From a virus: a DNA stretch of 64,000 nt. Below the pieces are notes generated by a model that had not been told where the DNA came from, did not search any database, and saw nothing but the letters and a program-made list of their open reading frames with translations. This document shows, one piece after another, positions 30,201 through 41,700 of the stretch (position 1 is its first letter; each line of letters starts with the position of its first letter). Location: positions 32,001-96,000 of the IMG/VR virus record IMGVR_UViG_3300025093_000012, one strand, 5' to 3'. The translations under genes were made by a program, and so were the position numbers.

Positions 30201-30700
30201 TTAGGTAAACCCATTGTTTGTGCTTCCTCTGCAGATGCGTCTCTAAACTTTTCCATTTGCATCTGTAAACCTTGAACACCAATGTCCCAATACCTATCTC
30301 TTGTCTCATCTACACTAGAGTTCTTAAATCTATTAGCATTCATCATCTCTTGTCTATAAGACTTAGTGAACGCCATATCTTTTAGAAGTGCTTTATCTTC
30401 AAAAAATGGTTTAAACACACCTTTTGCTACATCAACATTCTTTTGTAAAGAAAGGTCTAATCCAGAAACCTGCTTAAGACCATTACTAATTCTATTAGCA
30501 TACTGATCTTGTTTCTCTTTACTATCTTCTCTAGTCAAAGGTGCATATACAACTTTACTATATAGATTATTCAATGATTGGAAGTTGGTATCATACCTAT
30601 CCTGCCTAACTGTTAAAACATCAGATAGAAACTTATAGTCTGGCTTGAATGGCTCCAAGACAGGTATATAATCCGTTACTCCTTTTATATAAGTTGCCAT
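27278..30700 (-). CDS. virion cargo/ejection protein
   Basis: 1140-aa helical protein directly upstream of the vRNAP, the position of crAss-like cargo genes; no catalytic motif seen. Confidence 0.6.
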   Translation of the reverse strand: MATYIKGVTDYIPVLEPFKPDYKFLSDVLTVRQDRYDTNFQSLNNLYSKVVYAPLTREDSKEKQDQYANRISNGLKQVSGLDLSLQKNVDVAKGVFKPFFEDKALLKDMAFTKSYRQEMMNANRFKNSSVDETRDRYWDIGVQGLQMQMEKFRDASAEEAQTMGLPKYISNPNLYEKSFEALKDSGLKVKQTTLEGDWIVTTQNGNALTSQVTGYQRNQDGSLIYDDNKQPIPIYSNPAAEYIQNTVMQDPQVRQAYMLEAQVKAYNFGKENAEQYGGRQQAEQAWAQQTIEVYADEQTKKLVNDNAVYENAVQADNNWKEWAKRNNITPGSSAEEALALNAYNLSIAEANKKATEQSLKEVRQPTDDVNKLMNIAYSAYMGGNMAPKMLAAAKAYSMIDAERTLKANPFKQLEMQHQFALSRMNAQHAYDMAKMAKKFEYDVALKDMDNQAAAADLFGGVIQLPGDEAISGDPVGLHTMMERNEAATIQQTRAYNKTSKEFYEFLAQNLPAEFQGTGGYKGGGQFEYTVQNTQYPNGQVKVGTVDQMFADLSPVEVTDEFIDQMYDARPSGSTLTKEDIKKQYEGYNQANLQFLDNRTNGLINFFTTTKPGDSDAPYVTLQDGSVVNLNFPTLTQTTEGVAITQQIGAYVEDLNTQQQVMIDAENEQNRIYKNIHDFTLANELEQGNLGRYSGYKGNGNDGKPIQEIPGIILSEGEIQLYKQGHSPQEVNEIMSSPDYEHPMLDANGQPTYRMVGKDEYRQIYSSVMRGTSADMAQINRAISTNNWDMDDYPFWMRDKRGFFGDDRETKRYEYWARDSYTQMTSEYTAETVMNNRWAFNDEKAANDADSLYDDFVSNMNTMGDDAAADDMELTFDRRAYTLGQTEYGDQILENQYSSVYDVAAPSAQATEQMKDLVNVFYNTPKADLRITFGDERGTPYADIEENPTARGFLEGAFTDLRRGLPDKTDSRFVINDTYVEKAGGPEQPADQQVAARHIRFSDDYINSRKSNLSENDFKLLQNGITIMYPESYDNNAYKSDNQIINQVASTIARDGRYESPFIANGGNFTIYQNSKGQYIQEFTTYGVDPKTGNIVPDPVSATVLNLDAKQLDRHRIVQNQRLHNLGVNNKKISDEIQGNQ

Positions 30701-30704
30701 ATTA

Positions 30705-30717
30705 CAAAGATACTAAA
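30705..30717 (-). promoter_or_regulatory. Bacteroidota-type -7 promoter box (TTTAG-TATCTTTG)
   Basis: TATCTTTG matches TAnnTTTG and lies 4 nt upstream of the ATG at 30700. Confidence 0.55.
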
Positions 30718-30762
30718 TTTTTATGGTTTGTCATATTATACACAATACACTTTTAAAGTTTA

Positions 30763-33700
30763 CTATTTACCCATTGGCAAGAAAAAATCTCTTAATTCTG
30801 CTCCTTTTCTAAGGATTCTCATTTCTCTTCCCATCTTACCTTGATATCCTGCATTTGTAATTACATCTTGCTGCTGTCTACCAAATGTAGTTGGTGCAGT
30901 TTGATTAGGCATTTTAAATACAGGCCACTGATCCTGTGGTACACCTGCAGCATCTAGCTTTTCTGTAATAGCAACATACTGATCAACTGCATCTTGTGGA
31001 TCTTTATAATTAGGATCTGCATAAAATGCTTTAGGATCTGTAATATTAATTATACCTCCTGACGCTGGATCAATATCAAACTGAGGATATATACTATTTA
31101 GATTTGCTGTATTAGCTCTATTAGTATATGCATTCTGAAGCTGTGCAGTAATAGCTGCATTTGCTTTTCTCATTGCATTATCATAGTTCTCATCAGTTAG
31201 TACAGTGTTATCATATAACTGTTTCTTTTCGTTATTATTAAGAAGTTGAGTTTTATACTCTAGCTCTGCATTTTTAACACCTATAGTATTAGCTAGTTGT
31301 ACATTATCATTTTGAACTTTATTTATTGTATCAGCAATAGCTGTATTAGCTTTACCTTGTGCTGCTAGTGCAGCAGACATAGCTCTACCAGAACCAGATC
31401 CAAATGCTTTAGCTACTTCTGCAGCTGTAGCTGCTTGCTCACCTATAGCTGCAATCTCTCTTGTAGGATCTTTAAATACTCCGTCAATTTGTGGTTGGTC
31501 ATAAAATGGAGCCCAAGGATAACGTTTTTGCAAACTCAGTTTAGCATCTCTTGCGTTAGCTAAACCTAGTTCATCTTGTAACCAAAATGGAGTATCTTTT
31601 TTCTCACCTACTTTTTCTTGAACATCAATTTCCTTATCACACTCACAACCAGATGCAGGTGTAGTTACATTTCCTTCAGCATCTTTTACAGCTGCAGTAT
31701 AAGGTGTCCAAGTTCCTCCAGCTTCAGTACATGCTGCTTGCATCTCTTCTGCATTTGCACAAGGCACAGCATCCACGGCTTCTGTAGTTTCTACAGTACC
31801 CATCAACTCTCTGTTAGTGGTATTACCCCAAAAACCATCATCTCCTGAAACCATTCCATCAAATAGTTTATCATCGGCAACACCAGTATTAAAGTACTCT
31901 TGAGTTTTATCATCTCCTGCTTCAACATACTTACCAGCAATAAAACCTGCTTGAGCATGACTAATCATATCCTTATCTAATGGAGTAAAGCCTTGCTCTT
32001 CTGCAGCTTGGTTATATCTCCAGTTAGCTCCTTTATTCTCTCCCTTCTTGTAGTACTTTCCGTCTTTTGCTTTTGTACAACCATCACCTGGACCATCACA
32101 TGGAATCATTTCAAATGTTCTATCCCAATCTGGTAAACTCAAGTATTCTTGATCATACTCTTCATTAAACTTTCTATTCTGAGTTTGGAACTCTACAGTA
32201 ACATCTACAAATTCTTCTAATGGTAAAACATCTTTACCCTGCTCTTCTCTATATTTTTTGTAGAATTCATACATCTTCTTTTGATAGTCTTCATCTACTT
32301 TAAAGTTTTCTATCCAATCTTCTTTACCACTTGTAGTATATGTGGTTGTAGACTCTTGAGCCTCAGTGTCTACTCTTGATTCATTTATATCATCTAACCT
32401 TTTTCGTTCTGCTTCTGTTATTGATCCACTCATTATCTCTTGAAAGAATTGAGGATTCTTTCTTTTGATTCTTCTTAAATCTTTTGCACTATATTCTACA
32501 CCATCATAAACAACCCCCATAGATTCTTTCCCTCTTTGAGCAACAGGTAATCCAGGTTGACCACCATTTAAAAATGACCATTGTGATCCTACATAATATG
32601 GGCTGTCAGGACTAACATAATCTAAAGGCACACCTTGTGTTCTAACTCTATTATTCATAGCCATTTGATCTGACTCATCATCATTAGGTAATCTAAAGTT
32701 TCTTGGATCTACATAACCCGTTGGATTACTTTCATTAGGATTTTCTTGAATGTTATATACATTAGTAATTTGTGGTACATTTGATGATCTATTTGATCCA
32801 GTATTTGTTTCATAATCTGGAATTGCATCTTCACCATAAATATTCTTATATGCTTGAGTATAACTTGGATCATAGTCACTTGGTGCAGTTCCACCTTCAT
32901 TTATATGATTTTCCCAAAACTCAACCATTTCAGGATTAGCTGCACCTGATGCACCTAACATACCCATTTGATCTTCTGGAGAAGGGATCATAGAAGTCAT
33001 CATAGTATTATAACCATCAATCATATTAGTCATAACATTATTATAGTCATCTAACATCATACTCTGATCTGCAATATATTGTTCTAATAACTGTTCTCTT
33101 GAAGGTTGAGTAGGATAATTTAATGTACCTGCTACAACAGGTTCTGGCTCCATTGGCATAACAACTGCTGTATTATCTGTTTCTGCAACATACTCTGGAA
33201 TATAATATTGTGCACCTAAATAACCAGCTGTTCTAGTTATACCTTTTTGTGCTTTAGGTAGTTCTCTACCATACATAGCAAGTAATTTTTCATCTATGCT
33301 TGCCTCTTCTGTATTTACAGGACTATCAATCATAGTATTGCTTGGTTCACCTTTAATAGTATCTTTAACACCACTTTTAACACCTGTTTTAAATGTATGT
33401 GCTAAGGTCTTATTTGCTAATGGTTCTGCTATAGTTTTTGCAGCAGTTTTGTATCCTGCTTTTATTAGGTTACCCCCTGGGGTTGCTCCTAATATTGCAG
33501 ATGTACCAGCAGTAGCAAGTTCCTTTTTCATAGTATCATAGTCACCATCTTTATATGCCATATAAGCATCACCTGCATCAATAGCTGCACTACCTAGACT
33601 TGCAGCTGTACCAAGAACAGGTACATATGAAGCTTTGTCTAATACATTTTGAATATCATCTTTATTCTCCATGTATGTTTCAGTAGTTGATTTTCCTTTA

Positions 33701-35391
33701 TAGTCAGGAATAAATCCTTGTTCTCCTTTAAGGTAACCTGCAAAATCAAAACCAAACTGAGCTTTCTTCATTCCTTGCATTTCATCCTCATGCAAGTAGC
33801 CCATTTCTTTCATACGTAAATGATCTTCATATGTCTCAGCCATATAACCTTTTCCAGTTTCTGGATCATACATCATATGTGGCTCAAAAGATTCTTCTCC
33901 ACCCTCTTCTCTTCTATTAAGATACCCTAGATTAATATCAAAGTTTCTTTGAAGTTTTCTACCAAACTTGGTGTTATCTAGCAATGCATTAAGACCATAG
34001 TTAATTAAGCCTCCTTTTATTCCATCTTTTAATCCTTGCTTTAAACCAGTACCTAAATCTTGTCTATATTGCTCTTTAGTTTTTCCACCCACTTGACCCA
34101 TATAGTAATCAGGACTCATACCAAAATACTCTCCAGCAAAAAAGTCTTGTTTATTTGGAGTAAAGTTTTCAAACTGTGGGCATGTATTATTCTCACAATA
34201 GTCTACATAACTTGTATAACCACCCGCATTACCAGGTCTAGCAAACATTGCATCCATGTTAGTATTATACAATTCCCATGCATCATTTTTTCTGTTATAC
34301 TGAGTAATCATTTGAGGAACTGTTCTTGCCAAAATACTACCAAGTGCAGTTGTACCTGCTACTTTTAAAGATTGATTTAAGTTAGACTTACCTCTGTTAG
34401 AACCCATGTATCCAAACTGTGCTTTTGGTAACAGATTAGATAACTGACCTCCACGTTTAGCCATAGCAGGTTGTTGCATAGAAGGCTGCATAGAAGTCAT
34501 CATATTAGGTTGCATGTTTGGCTGCATGTTAGGTTGTTGCATAGCCATCATCTCCTGTCCAGGAGCTGGTGCAGGCATACCTGATTGAGAAGGAGGAAGA
34601 ACCTGAGCTTGTTCAAGCTGAGCTTGTTCTTGTTCTCTACGTTGTTGCTCTTCCATCATTTTTTGTGCAGTAAGTATTTGCATTCTGCTTTCAAAAGGAA
34701 GTTGTACTAACATCTTCAACTCTGCTTCTTTTCTAGAAATATTTTCTACTTGTTGTGAGAACTGAATAGGATCAATATTCTTTTCTGTTAAATATGGATA
34801 TGCAGCTAATGGTACACCATCTTCAAACTCTTTCTTTGCTTCTTGAAGAAATGCTAGTTGAGATAAAGACCTTTTATTTTTACCCAACATATACTCTGCA
34901 GTATCTCTTGTAATAAAATCAGACTGCTCATCATCTAATAAACCAATAAAATTATTAAGTTGATATTTTTTAGATATTTCTGCTGGTGTTAATTTCTTTC
35001 TTGATTCTAACCCCATCTCTGCAAGTTCATACTTACTAAACTTCATTGCAGATGTGTCAGAATAAATAAATGATTGAGGTGGTAAATTTAATGGCGTACC
35101 CCCTTGATGATGTCTTTTACCTTGAATATCATATAACTCAAAGTTACCATCATTATTAAGATCAGTGAGGACGGTTTCACCTTTCTCAGCTTCTAGATTA
35201 GCTTCTTCCCTAGGAACAGGATTAATAGAATAATTTACTTTAGATGTAGGATCAGGACTAGAAAATGGATCTAAGTGAGGATATGTCACTAATCCATAAT
35301 TAGATTGATCACCTGTAGTACCACCGTCCTGGTACACTTTACCTTCTCTTATAGAAAAGCCTTTTGGTAATTTTTTAATTTTTACTTTCAT
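30763..35391 (-). CDS. modular virion cargo protein with GG/LPKAQxG linkers
   Basis: 1542 aa; N-terminal EAEKGE...GKRHHQGG domain; MQPN repeats; several LPKAQxG linkers. Confidence 0.7.
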   Translation of the reverse strand: MKVKIKKLPKGFSIREGKVYQDGGTTGDQSNYGLVTYPHLDPFSSPDPTSKVNYSINPVPREEANLEAEKGETVLTDLNNDGNFELYDIQGKRHHQGGTPLNLPPQSFIYSDTSAMKFSKYELAEMGLESRKKLTPAEISKKYQLNNFIGLLDDEQSDFITRDTAEYMLGKNKRSLSQLAFLQEAKKEFEDGVPLAAYPYLTEKNIDPIQFSQQVENISRKEAELKMLVQLPFESRMQILTAQKMMEEQQRREQEQAQLEQAQVLPPSQSGMPAPAPGQEMMAMQQPNMQPNMQPNMMTSMQPSMQQPAMAKRGGQLSNLLPKAQFGYMGSNRGKSNLNQSLKVAGTTALGSILARTVPQMITQYNRKNDAWELYNTNMDAMFARPGNAGGYTSYVDYCENNTCPQFENFTPNKQDFFAGEYFGMSPDYYMGQVGGKTKEQYRQDLGTGLKQGLKDGIKGGLINYGLNALLDNTKFGRKLQRNFDINLGYLNRREEGGEESFEPHMMYDPETGKGYMAETYEDHLRMKEMGYLHEDEMQGMKKAQFGFDFAGYLKGEQGFIPDYKGKSTTETYMENKDDIQNVLDKASYVPVLGTAASLGSAAIDAGDAYMAYKDGDYDTMKKELATAGTSAILGATPGGNLIKAGYKTAAKTIAEPLANKTLAHTFKTGVKSGVKDTIKGEPSNTMIDSPVNTEEASIDEKLLAMYGRELPKAQKGITRTAGYLGAQYYIPEYVAETDNTAVVMPMEPEPVVAGTLNYPTQPSREQLLEQYIADQSMMLDDYNNVMTNMIDGYNTMMTSMIPSPEDQMGMLGASGAANPEMVEFWENHINEGGTAPSDYDPSYTQAYKNIYGEDAIPDYETNTGSNRSSNVPQITNVYNIQENPNESNPTGYVDPRNFRLPNDDESDQMAMNNRVRTQGVPLDYVSPDSPYYVGSQWSFLNGGQPGLPVAQRGKESMGVVYDGVEYSAKDLRRIKRKNPQFFQEIMSGSITEAERKRLDDINESRVDTEAQESTTTYTTSGKEDWIENFKVDEDYQKKMYEFYKKYREEQGKDVLPLEEFVDVTVEFQTQNRKFNEEYDQEYLSLPDWDRTFEMIPCDGPGDGCTKAKDGKYYKKGENKGANWRYNQAAEEQGFTPLDKDMISHAQAGFIAGKYVEAGDDKTQEYFNTGVADDKLFDGMVSGDDGFWGNTTNRELMGTVETTEAVDAVPCANAEEMQAACTEAGGTWTPYTAAVKDAEGNVTTPASGCECDKEIDVQEKVGEKKDTPFWLQDELGLANARDAKLSLQKRYPWAPFYDQPQIDGVFKDPTREIAAIGEQAATAAEVAKAFGSGSGRAMSAALAAQGKANTAIADTINKVQNDNVQLANTIGVKNAELEYKTQLLNNNEKKQLYDNTVLTDENYDNAMRKANAAITAQLQNAYTNRANTANLNSIYPQFDIDPASGGIINITDPKAFYADPNYKDPQDAVDQYVAITEKLDAAGVPQDQWPVFKMPNQTAPTTFGRQQQDVITNAGYQGKMGREMRILRKGAELRDFFLPMGK
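34460..34545 (-). repeat. degenerate 12-nt coding tandem repeat (MQPN/MQPS)
   Basis: Encodes MQQPNMQPNMQPNMMTSMQPSMQQPAM. Confidence 0.7.
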
Positions 35392-35393
35392 AA

Positions 35394-38300
35394 TTATACT
35401 ATTTGTATCTCTGCTCCTGCAGCTACTAGTTGTTTATATGTATTCATATCTATTTCTATCTCTCCACCTGGTTTATAAAAACCTCCTCCAAATTGAGCTG
35501 ATTGAGTTGTACCAACAACAACCTTATCATCTGGTCTAAATATACCAGAGTTAGGATCATAGTTACCTTTGTTTCCCGTTATATCAGCATCAGTTGCAGC
35601 AAACATATTATCAGCTAAAAATGCATTATTCATTATATTAGCTCTTTGCCTATTCTCATTAAATTGTCTAGCTATTCTAGTAACAGGTTTTGCCACATCA
35701 ATTAGCATATCACTTACCTTGGTATATGTTTGAACTGGTTTACTATCAGCTACTCTTAACATAGTGTTATATGCTCTAGTTCCAAAACCAGGTCTTTCAC
35801 TAGAAGCATCTATTAAATCAGCTCTATCAGATCTCATCTGAGCTTCTTCTGCCTCTGCAGCATCATAAGCATCCATAGCTGCAAGATCACCATCAAAACC
35901 TAATTCCATAGATCTATCATATCTATCTAAGTTTTCTTGTGTACCTGTATATTCAGGCATTGAATCAACTTGACTTTGTAAGTTAGCTGATGTTTCATCT
36001 ACCACATCTTGCATTTGTTCTGATGACATAAGAACTTGCCCATCAGATGTAACCCTACCTTGTCCCTCAGCTATAGTATAGTCCATCATATCTTTTGCTT
36101 GAAGAAACTCTTCACTAGGTTCAAAAGAAACATTAGGTGTCTGAAGCGGATTAGTATTTACTTGATTCATCATTAATGATGGATTCTCTAATCTTTTATT
36201 CATATCAGCAGTAAATGCTTGGAACTCATCTAATGATCTATTAACAGATTGATTCATTGCATACAACCTAGCATTTGACATAGGTGTATATGTGTCATCT
36301 GTTGATTGGCTAAACAATACATTTTGATTTAAGAAGCCAGCTGGATTATTTAATGTAGGACCTGATGTAAAGAAAGGTGTAGATTGATTTCCTGATAAAC
36401 TATACCCAGAGAATGTTGGTTGTAAAGTACCTTGTGTAGGAGCACCAAATTCACCTAATGATTGATACTTTGTTAAACTGCCACCCATCTTTTTTGATGT
36501 ATCACCTTGTTTTTCTGCTTCATCATATGCTGCGTCTAGTTTAGCTTTATATGCTTTGTAACCAGGAGTTACATCAGGCAAGCTTTCTACAAAATCTGAA
36601 TAAGATTTAGTATCACGAACATTAGTATTATCATGTCTGTATCCATACTTTGTACCTAATCCCATACCATAAAAAACTATTTCATGATCTTTTTCAGCAT
36701 CTACATTAACCCTTCTAAATACACCAGAGTTTAAAGTTTTATCACGGTCAGGATTGTCATGAAAATATTTTAAAGGATACCACCAGTCACGGTCCATTCT
36801 TATTTTACCTGCATCAACTAATGCTCCATCCTTATCATGAACTCTAAAATAATTAGCTTCTGGATCAAAAGACTCACTTAATAAATCATTTTCAGCCCTT
36901 ACCATATCTACAGTAGGACGTTTCATTTTAGGCATTGGTCCATCATACAATGGTGGTGCTATAGGTACAGCATTTGTTGTGAATACATCATACACGTTTC
37001 CAGTTACATCAGGTGTAGCTGCTACTGCATCAGTATATTCATAGGCATCAAGCGCAATACCAGGTGTACCATAAGCAGTATTATAAACTATTGTAGAATC
37101 ACTAAGCATAGGAGTAATAGTTCTAGCAAAACCAGGCGGTCTTGTAAGACTAAATCCTACACTAACAGGATCATTTTCCAAAGCTGTTCTGTTATTGTTA
37201 ATAAAAGTCTGTGCAGCTCCAGCTGTAACACCACCTGGAAAAAACATCCATCCTGCCCCAGGTGTTCCTGCTGATCCTTCTTCTAAAACTACTTGCCTAT
37301 TTCTCATTGATTGATTATAATCATTGATAGTAGGTCTGTCCCTAAATGTTTCTCTAGTTGTTACAAACTTATTTGTATTAGGATTATATAAATCTTCAAT
37401 AGTTACACCTTTTATACCTGGCACATCAATCATTTCTACCTCACCTCTGTTCTGATAATAAGGTAATGAGCCACCATATCTTGCTAAATCATTTGGCATT
37501 GGTGGAAGATCCTCTTGTCCTGGTTCATAATCCATCTCACTGTTTGTAGGAGTTATAACAGGAACTGGAACAGGATTTAATTGTGGTTGTGGTATATTAG
37601 TTGGAATAGGTTGAACTGATCTTGATGGAATCTGCACAGGTTGATTCATAGGATTCTTCATACTTCTTTGCCACTCAGGTGAATCATCTACACCAGTTGG
37701 ACGTGAACCTTTATCAAAGTCCTTATCTACAAATATACCATCCACACCATCTAACTGAACATTACCAGGTCCTGTAACAAGATAATCATAAGGCACAGAA
37801 GAACCATCAGGTCTTTGTGTGTAACCTAAATATTCTGCATCTGAATATTTTTGTTCTAATAAATCTCCTTGCCCTGGACCTTTTCTGCCAAATGTTTCAC
37901 CTCTACCTGTTAGATTAAAAAGATCCATATCAAAATCTTTAACCTTCCCATACATATCTGGTCTGTTCTGTCTTCTTGCCTCAAGGAAGTTCATCATCTC
38001 CTCCTCTTGCACTTGTTCCTCATCTTTCAGATATTTACCAGGATTATATCCCATTCTGAAGTAGTCTTCCTTGTCATAGTATAGATCTTCACCAGTTGGG
38101 TTTCTAACAGTAAACTTCATGTAATCTGACTTAGTGCCAGGATCATAATAGTTTTCACCTTTAAAACTCTTTACCCCTCTCCCAATAGCATCTGCTAATT
38201 CTAAAAATGGATTATCCCCTAAACCAGAAAGTATAGTTGCTTGATCAGGATTCCTAAATTTATTATTAAAAGCATCTATTTTTTGATTTGCATCATCTTC

Positions 38301-38747
38301 ATCTTCAGCCTCTTCTGTAATATCTGTAACATCTGTATCTTCTGTCTCTTCTTCAGAATCAAATTTTGCATTAAATTCTTCTTCACTTTCACCTTCTGAT
38401 CTAGTTGTATATACTTTACCATTCCAAGTAAAAGTTTTTTCACCTGCACTTTTAGCTGAGCTAAAGGCTTGACTAAATGATAAACCTGTTGCAGGATCAA
38501 CACCACTTTGATTATCATCCTTACCTAGGGTATTCCAATTGCCCTCCATATCTACAACAGCAGTTTGTGATACACCATTTGCATCAGTCCACATTGCTAT
38601 ACCATTCTCTATGACGGCATTATCTGGAACACCATTACCATCAGAATCAGTTAAGTCAACTTCACTAGATCCTTCATCACCTTGAAATATAGGTAATGAA
38701 CCACCTAGCTTTGCTAACATTAAATATGGATTGTTGTAAAAAAACAT
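35394..38747 (-). CDS. modular, acidic virion cargo protein with GGSLPxxQ linkers
   Basis: 1117 aa; AKLGGSLPIFQG, ARYGGSLPYYQ, KKMGGSLTKYQ, AQFGG. Confidence 0.7.
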   Translation of the reverse strand: MFFYNNPYLMLAKLGGSLPIFQGDEGSSEVDLTDSDGNGVPDNAVIENGIAMWTDANGVSQTAVVDMEGNWNTLGKDDNQSGVDPATGLSFSQAFSSAKSAGEKTFTWNGKVYTTRSEGESEEEFNAKFDSEEETEDTDVTDITEEAEDEDDANQKIDAFNNKFRNPDQATILSGLGDNPFLELADAIGRGVKSFKGENYYDPGTKSDYMKFTVRNPTGEDLYYDKEDYFRMGYNPGKYLKDEEQVQEEEMMNFLEARRQNRPDMYGKVKDFDMDLFNLTGRGETFGRKGPGQGDLLEQKYSDAEYLGYTQRPDGSSVPYDYLVTGPGNVQLDGVDGIFVDKDFDKGSRPTGVDDSPEWQRSMKNPMNQPVQIPSRSVQPIPTNIPQPQLNPVPVPVITPTNSEMDYEPGQEDLPPMPNDLARYGGSLPYYQNRGEVEMIDVPGIKGVTIEDLYNPNTNKFVTTRETFRDRPTINDYNQSMRNRQVVLEEGSAGTPGAGWMFFPGGVTAGAAQTFINNNRTALENDPVSVGFSLTRPPGFARTITPMLSDSTIVYNTAYGTPGIALDAYEYTDAVAATPDVTGNVYDVFTTNAVPIAPPLYDGPMPKMKRPTVDMVRAENDLLSESFDPEANYFRVHDKDGALVDAGKIRMDRDWWYPLKYFHDNPDRDKTLNSGVFRRVNVDAEKDHEIVFYGMGLGTKYGYRHDNTNVRDTKSYSDFVESLPDVTPGYKAYKAKLDAAYDEAEKQGDTSKKMGGSLTKYQSLGEFGAPTQGTLQPTFSGYSLSGNQSTPFFTSGPTLNNPAGFLNQNVLFSQSTDDTYTPMSNARLYAMNQSVNRSLDEFQAFTADMNKRLENPSLMMNQVNTNPLQTPNVSFEPSEEFLQAKDMMDYTIAEGQGRVTSDGQVLMSSEQMQDVVDETSANLQSQVDSMPEYTGTQENLDRYDRSMELGFDGDLAAMDAYDAAEAEEAQMRSDRADLIDASSERPGFGTRAYNTMLRVADSKPVQTYTKVSDMLIDVAKPVTRIARQFNENRQRANIMNNAFLADNMFAATDADITGNKGNYDPNSGIFRPDDKVVVGTTQSAQFGGGFYKPGGEIEIDMNTYKQLVAAGAEIQIV

Positions 38748-38766
38748 ATAGTTACAGTTTACTTTA

Positions 38767-38780
38767 ATAATATACTAAAT
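38767..38780 (-). promoter_or_regulatory. promoter motif variant ATTTAGTATATTAT
   Basis: Intergenic; shares the GTATATTAT core. Confidence 0.55.
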
Positions 38781-38794
38781 TATCAGCAGATATA

Positions 38795-41700
38795 CTAATT
38801 ATTAGGTGGAGTATTCATTCGGTTCATAACATCTAAAGCATTCATTTTAGTACCCTTGTAATCATTATAGTACATTCTATTAATCTTATCATATAATTTT
38901 TTAGCAGATTTAGATTGTTGAGTATTATCATAAACACCACGTACATAGTCATTGTAAAATTGAATTTGATTTTGTAATCCAAATTCACCACCATAAGAAA
39001 ACATAATAGGACGTAACATAGTTTTAGCAGATCTAGCCATCATATTTGTAAAAGTATCCCACGCCTCTTCAGTATTATCTTGAAATATCTCCCAATTAGA
39101 TTTAGGCTCTTCTTTAGTAACAACTTTTTCATCCATGTTGTCAATGTTAGTTTCACTTAAAGTGACAATAGGTATATGGTTATTAACAAACCTTGCATAA
39201 TTGTCTGCTTTCTTACCAGGCCTCCAAGTTTTGGCTAATGAAGTATAAACATCAAAGTCTTCACTATTTTTATCTTCTCTACTAATTTGTGTTTGGTATC
39301 TATTACCTAATATTAATGCTGTAGCTATTGCAGATTTTTCTGGATCCATTAACTCACTATTATTAATATCAAATTGATGATATTGAGATATTGTATTTTC
39401 CCCATCATTATAAGAAAAGACTCTACCTTTAAAATCATTTGCTTCAGCTATTTTATACTCGTCAGGAGAAAGTAAATCTATTTCAGCTTGAGATAATTTA
39501 GTTTCTATTGGTGTTGTAAAATTAGTTTCAAATCTCTTATCTGCCTCAGCAAGAAGTTCTCGTTCTCTTGGATCTGTATTACCATCAGCAACTCTTAACT
39601 GTGTCCACCCTACACTGCGGTAAGGCTCCTTTCCCTTTCCTGATATGTTATCATACTTTCTTTCTACAGAACCTGAACTTCCTTTACCAGTTACCGCTTT
39701 CCTTATTAATCTACTATAATCTGAAACCCAATTATTTCTGTCTCCCATACCACTTTCATAACCATATATACCAAATGCAGTAAGTGCTATATCATTATAT
39801 AAATCACCATCTATATTTAGTATTTCCATCATGTCCTTTTTATTAGTAGCTAGTGCATTTAAAAAAGGTTTTGTAATTTCATTATATTCTTCAAGTCTAT
39901 TACCTGCTGTTCCATCTATATAACCACTCTCCTCAGCAATGTCATTGTTATATTCAAACATTATAGGTTTGTAATTATATAAATTATTTATAGATGTATT
40001 TATACCTTGACCACCTTCTATCTCACCAATAACTTCTCCTTTAGAATTCAACTGATCATATGATGTTTCAGCTTTCTCAATATTTTCTTTAGATGCATAC
40101 AAATTAAGTTTCCCATTTTCATACACAAAGGCATTATCTTTATCTTCAGGTAAGACATACATCATAGTACCCACACCTACATCTGGGTTATCATATAATT
40201 CTTGTAAGTCAGTACATTTTCCATTAATACATCCGTTTGTTAATCTATTGTTGGTTCCGTCATTATCATATAGGTTACTAACTCTACCTCTTGTAACTCC
40301 ATGAAATGCCATAGATTGACTAATACCATCTTCATTTTCAAAAGTGAATGAAGGAACATCTGCTCTAGTATCAGCTCCGTATGCTCTACCACCATCAGCT
40401 TTTGCAGAAGATATAGTATATACCCCAGCTCCAGTTTGTTTATTACCACTCTTCCAGTCTACCTTAGTTCTATATCCTGGAACTTTTATAAGCTCATCAA
40501 TGGTACTAACACCATTATCTTTCATAGCTTCATTAAGCTCATCCTGAGATAATTGTTTTCCTTTATAGTATACTGCTACTTTAGTTACTGTAGCAGCATC
40601 TCCTGTTGCTTGACCAGTTAATACATCATATGATTGTCTTGGAGTTTCTTCACCTGGATAAAGAAGATGTATCTTACCTTTCTTTTCATCTAAAATTAAA
40701 TACGCATTAGATGCTGTTCTATTAATAGTAAGTTTCTGCCCTACTCTTAGATTGTTTTGATTTTGTCTAGATATACCATTATCAGCCATAAGTCTCCCTA
40801 GACTAACTCCTTCTTTCTCAGCAATTTTTGTAAGATTGTCTCCTGCTTTTACTGTATATACTTTTTCTACTTTCTCTTCATCTACACCATACTCATCATT
40901 CATACCCTGAACAATAGTTTGAAATTGATCTAACTTATTTATTTCTTGTATATTATTCTTTTTACCAGAAACACTACGCCATACACCATTTTCATCTTGT
41001 TCTCTTTTTACCCATACTTCATTAACAGGAGTTGTATCATTTACAACAACTTCATCTATTGTAGTTATAGGTGATACTGCAGCAGCTTCTTGACTTTTAG
41101 TACTTTCAGTTTCTTCATATTGAGAATGTTGAGGAATAATCAATTTTTGATTAACTAGTATTAAAGATGGATTAGTAATATTATTTAACTCAGCAATCTC
41201 TGCAACAGACACTTTATATCTATTAGCTATTGCACTAAGTGACTCACCTCTTTTAACTCTGTGTTTTAATACAGGATTGTTTGACTCAGCAATATCTTTA
41301 CTATTAACGTCAAAAAATACTTGTTCTCCTGGACGGATCATACCTTCTCTTCCTCTAAATGTAGGATTCAGATCTACAAGTTCTTTTAATGTAAGACCAT
41401 TGTCTCTAGCAATTCTACCTAATGTATCTCCTGATTTAATAGTGTATGAACCACCAACTCTCATTATAACAGGTTCAATTAGTCCACGTTCCTCTAATTC
41501 CTTTTTAGCAATAGGAGATATTACACCACCCCTGTTATACAAATCAAGTTGTTGCTTGAGTCTATTCATCTTTCTCATAAACTCACCACCACTCTTTTTA
41601 TCTTCTAATACTCCTTTTCTAAATGTTTCAATATATTCATCTGGAGTCTTATTAGAATACTCTGCGTTCTCACCATACAATTTTGGGAATACAGTTTCTA

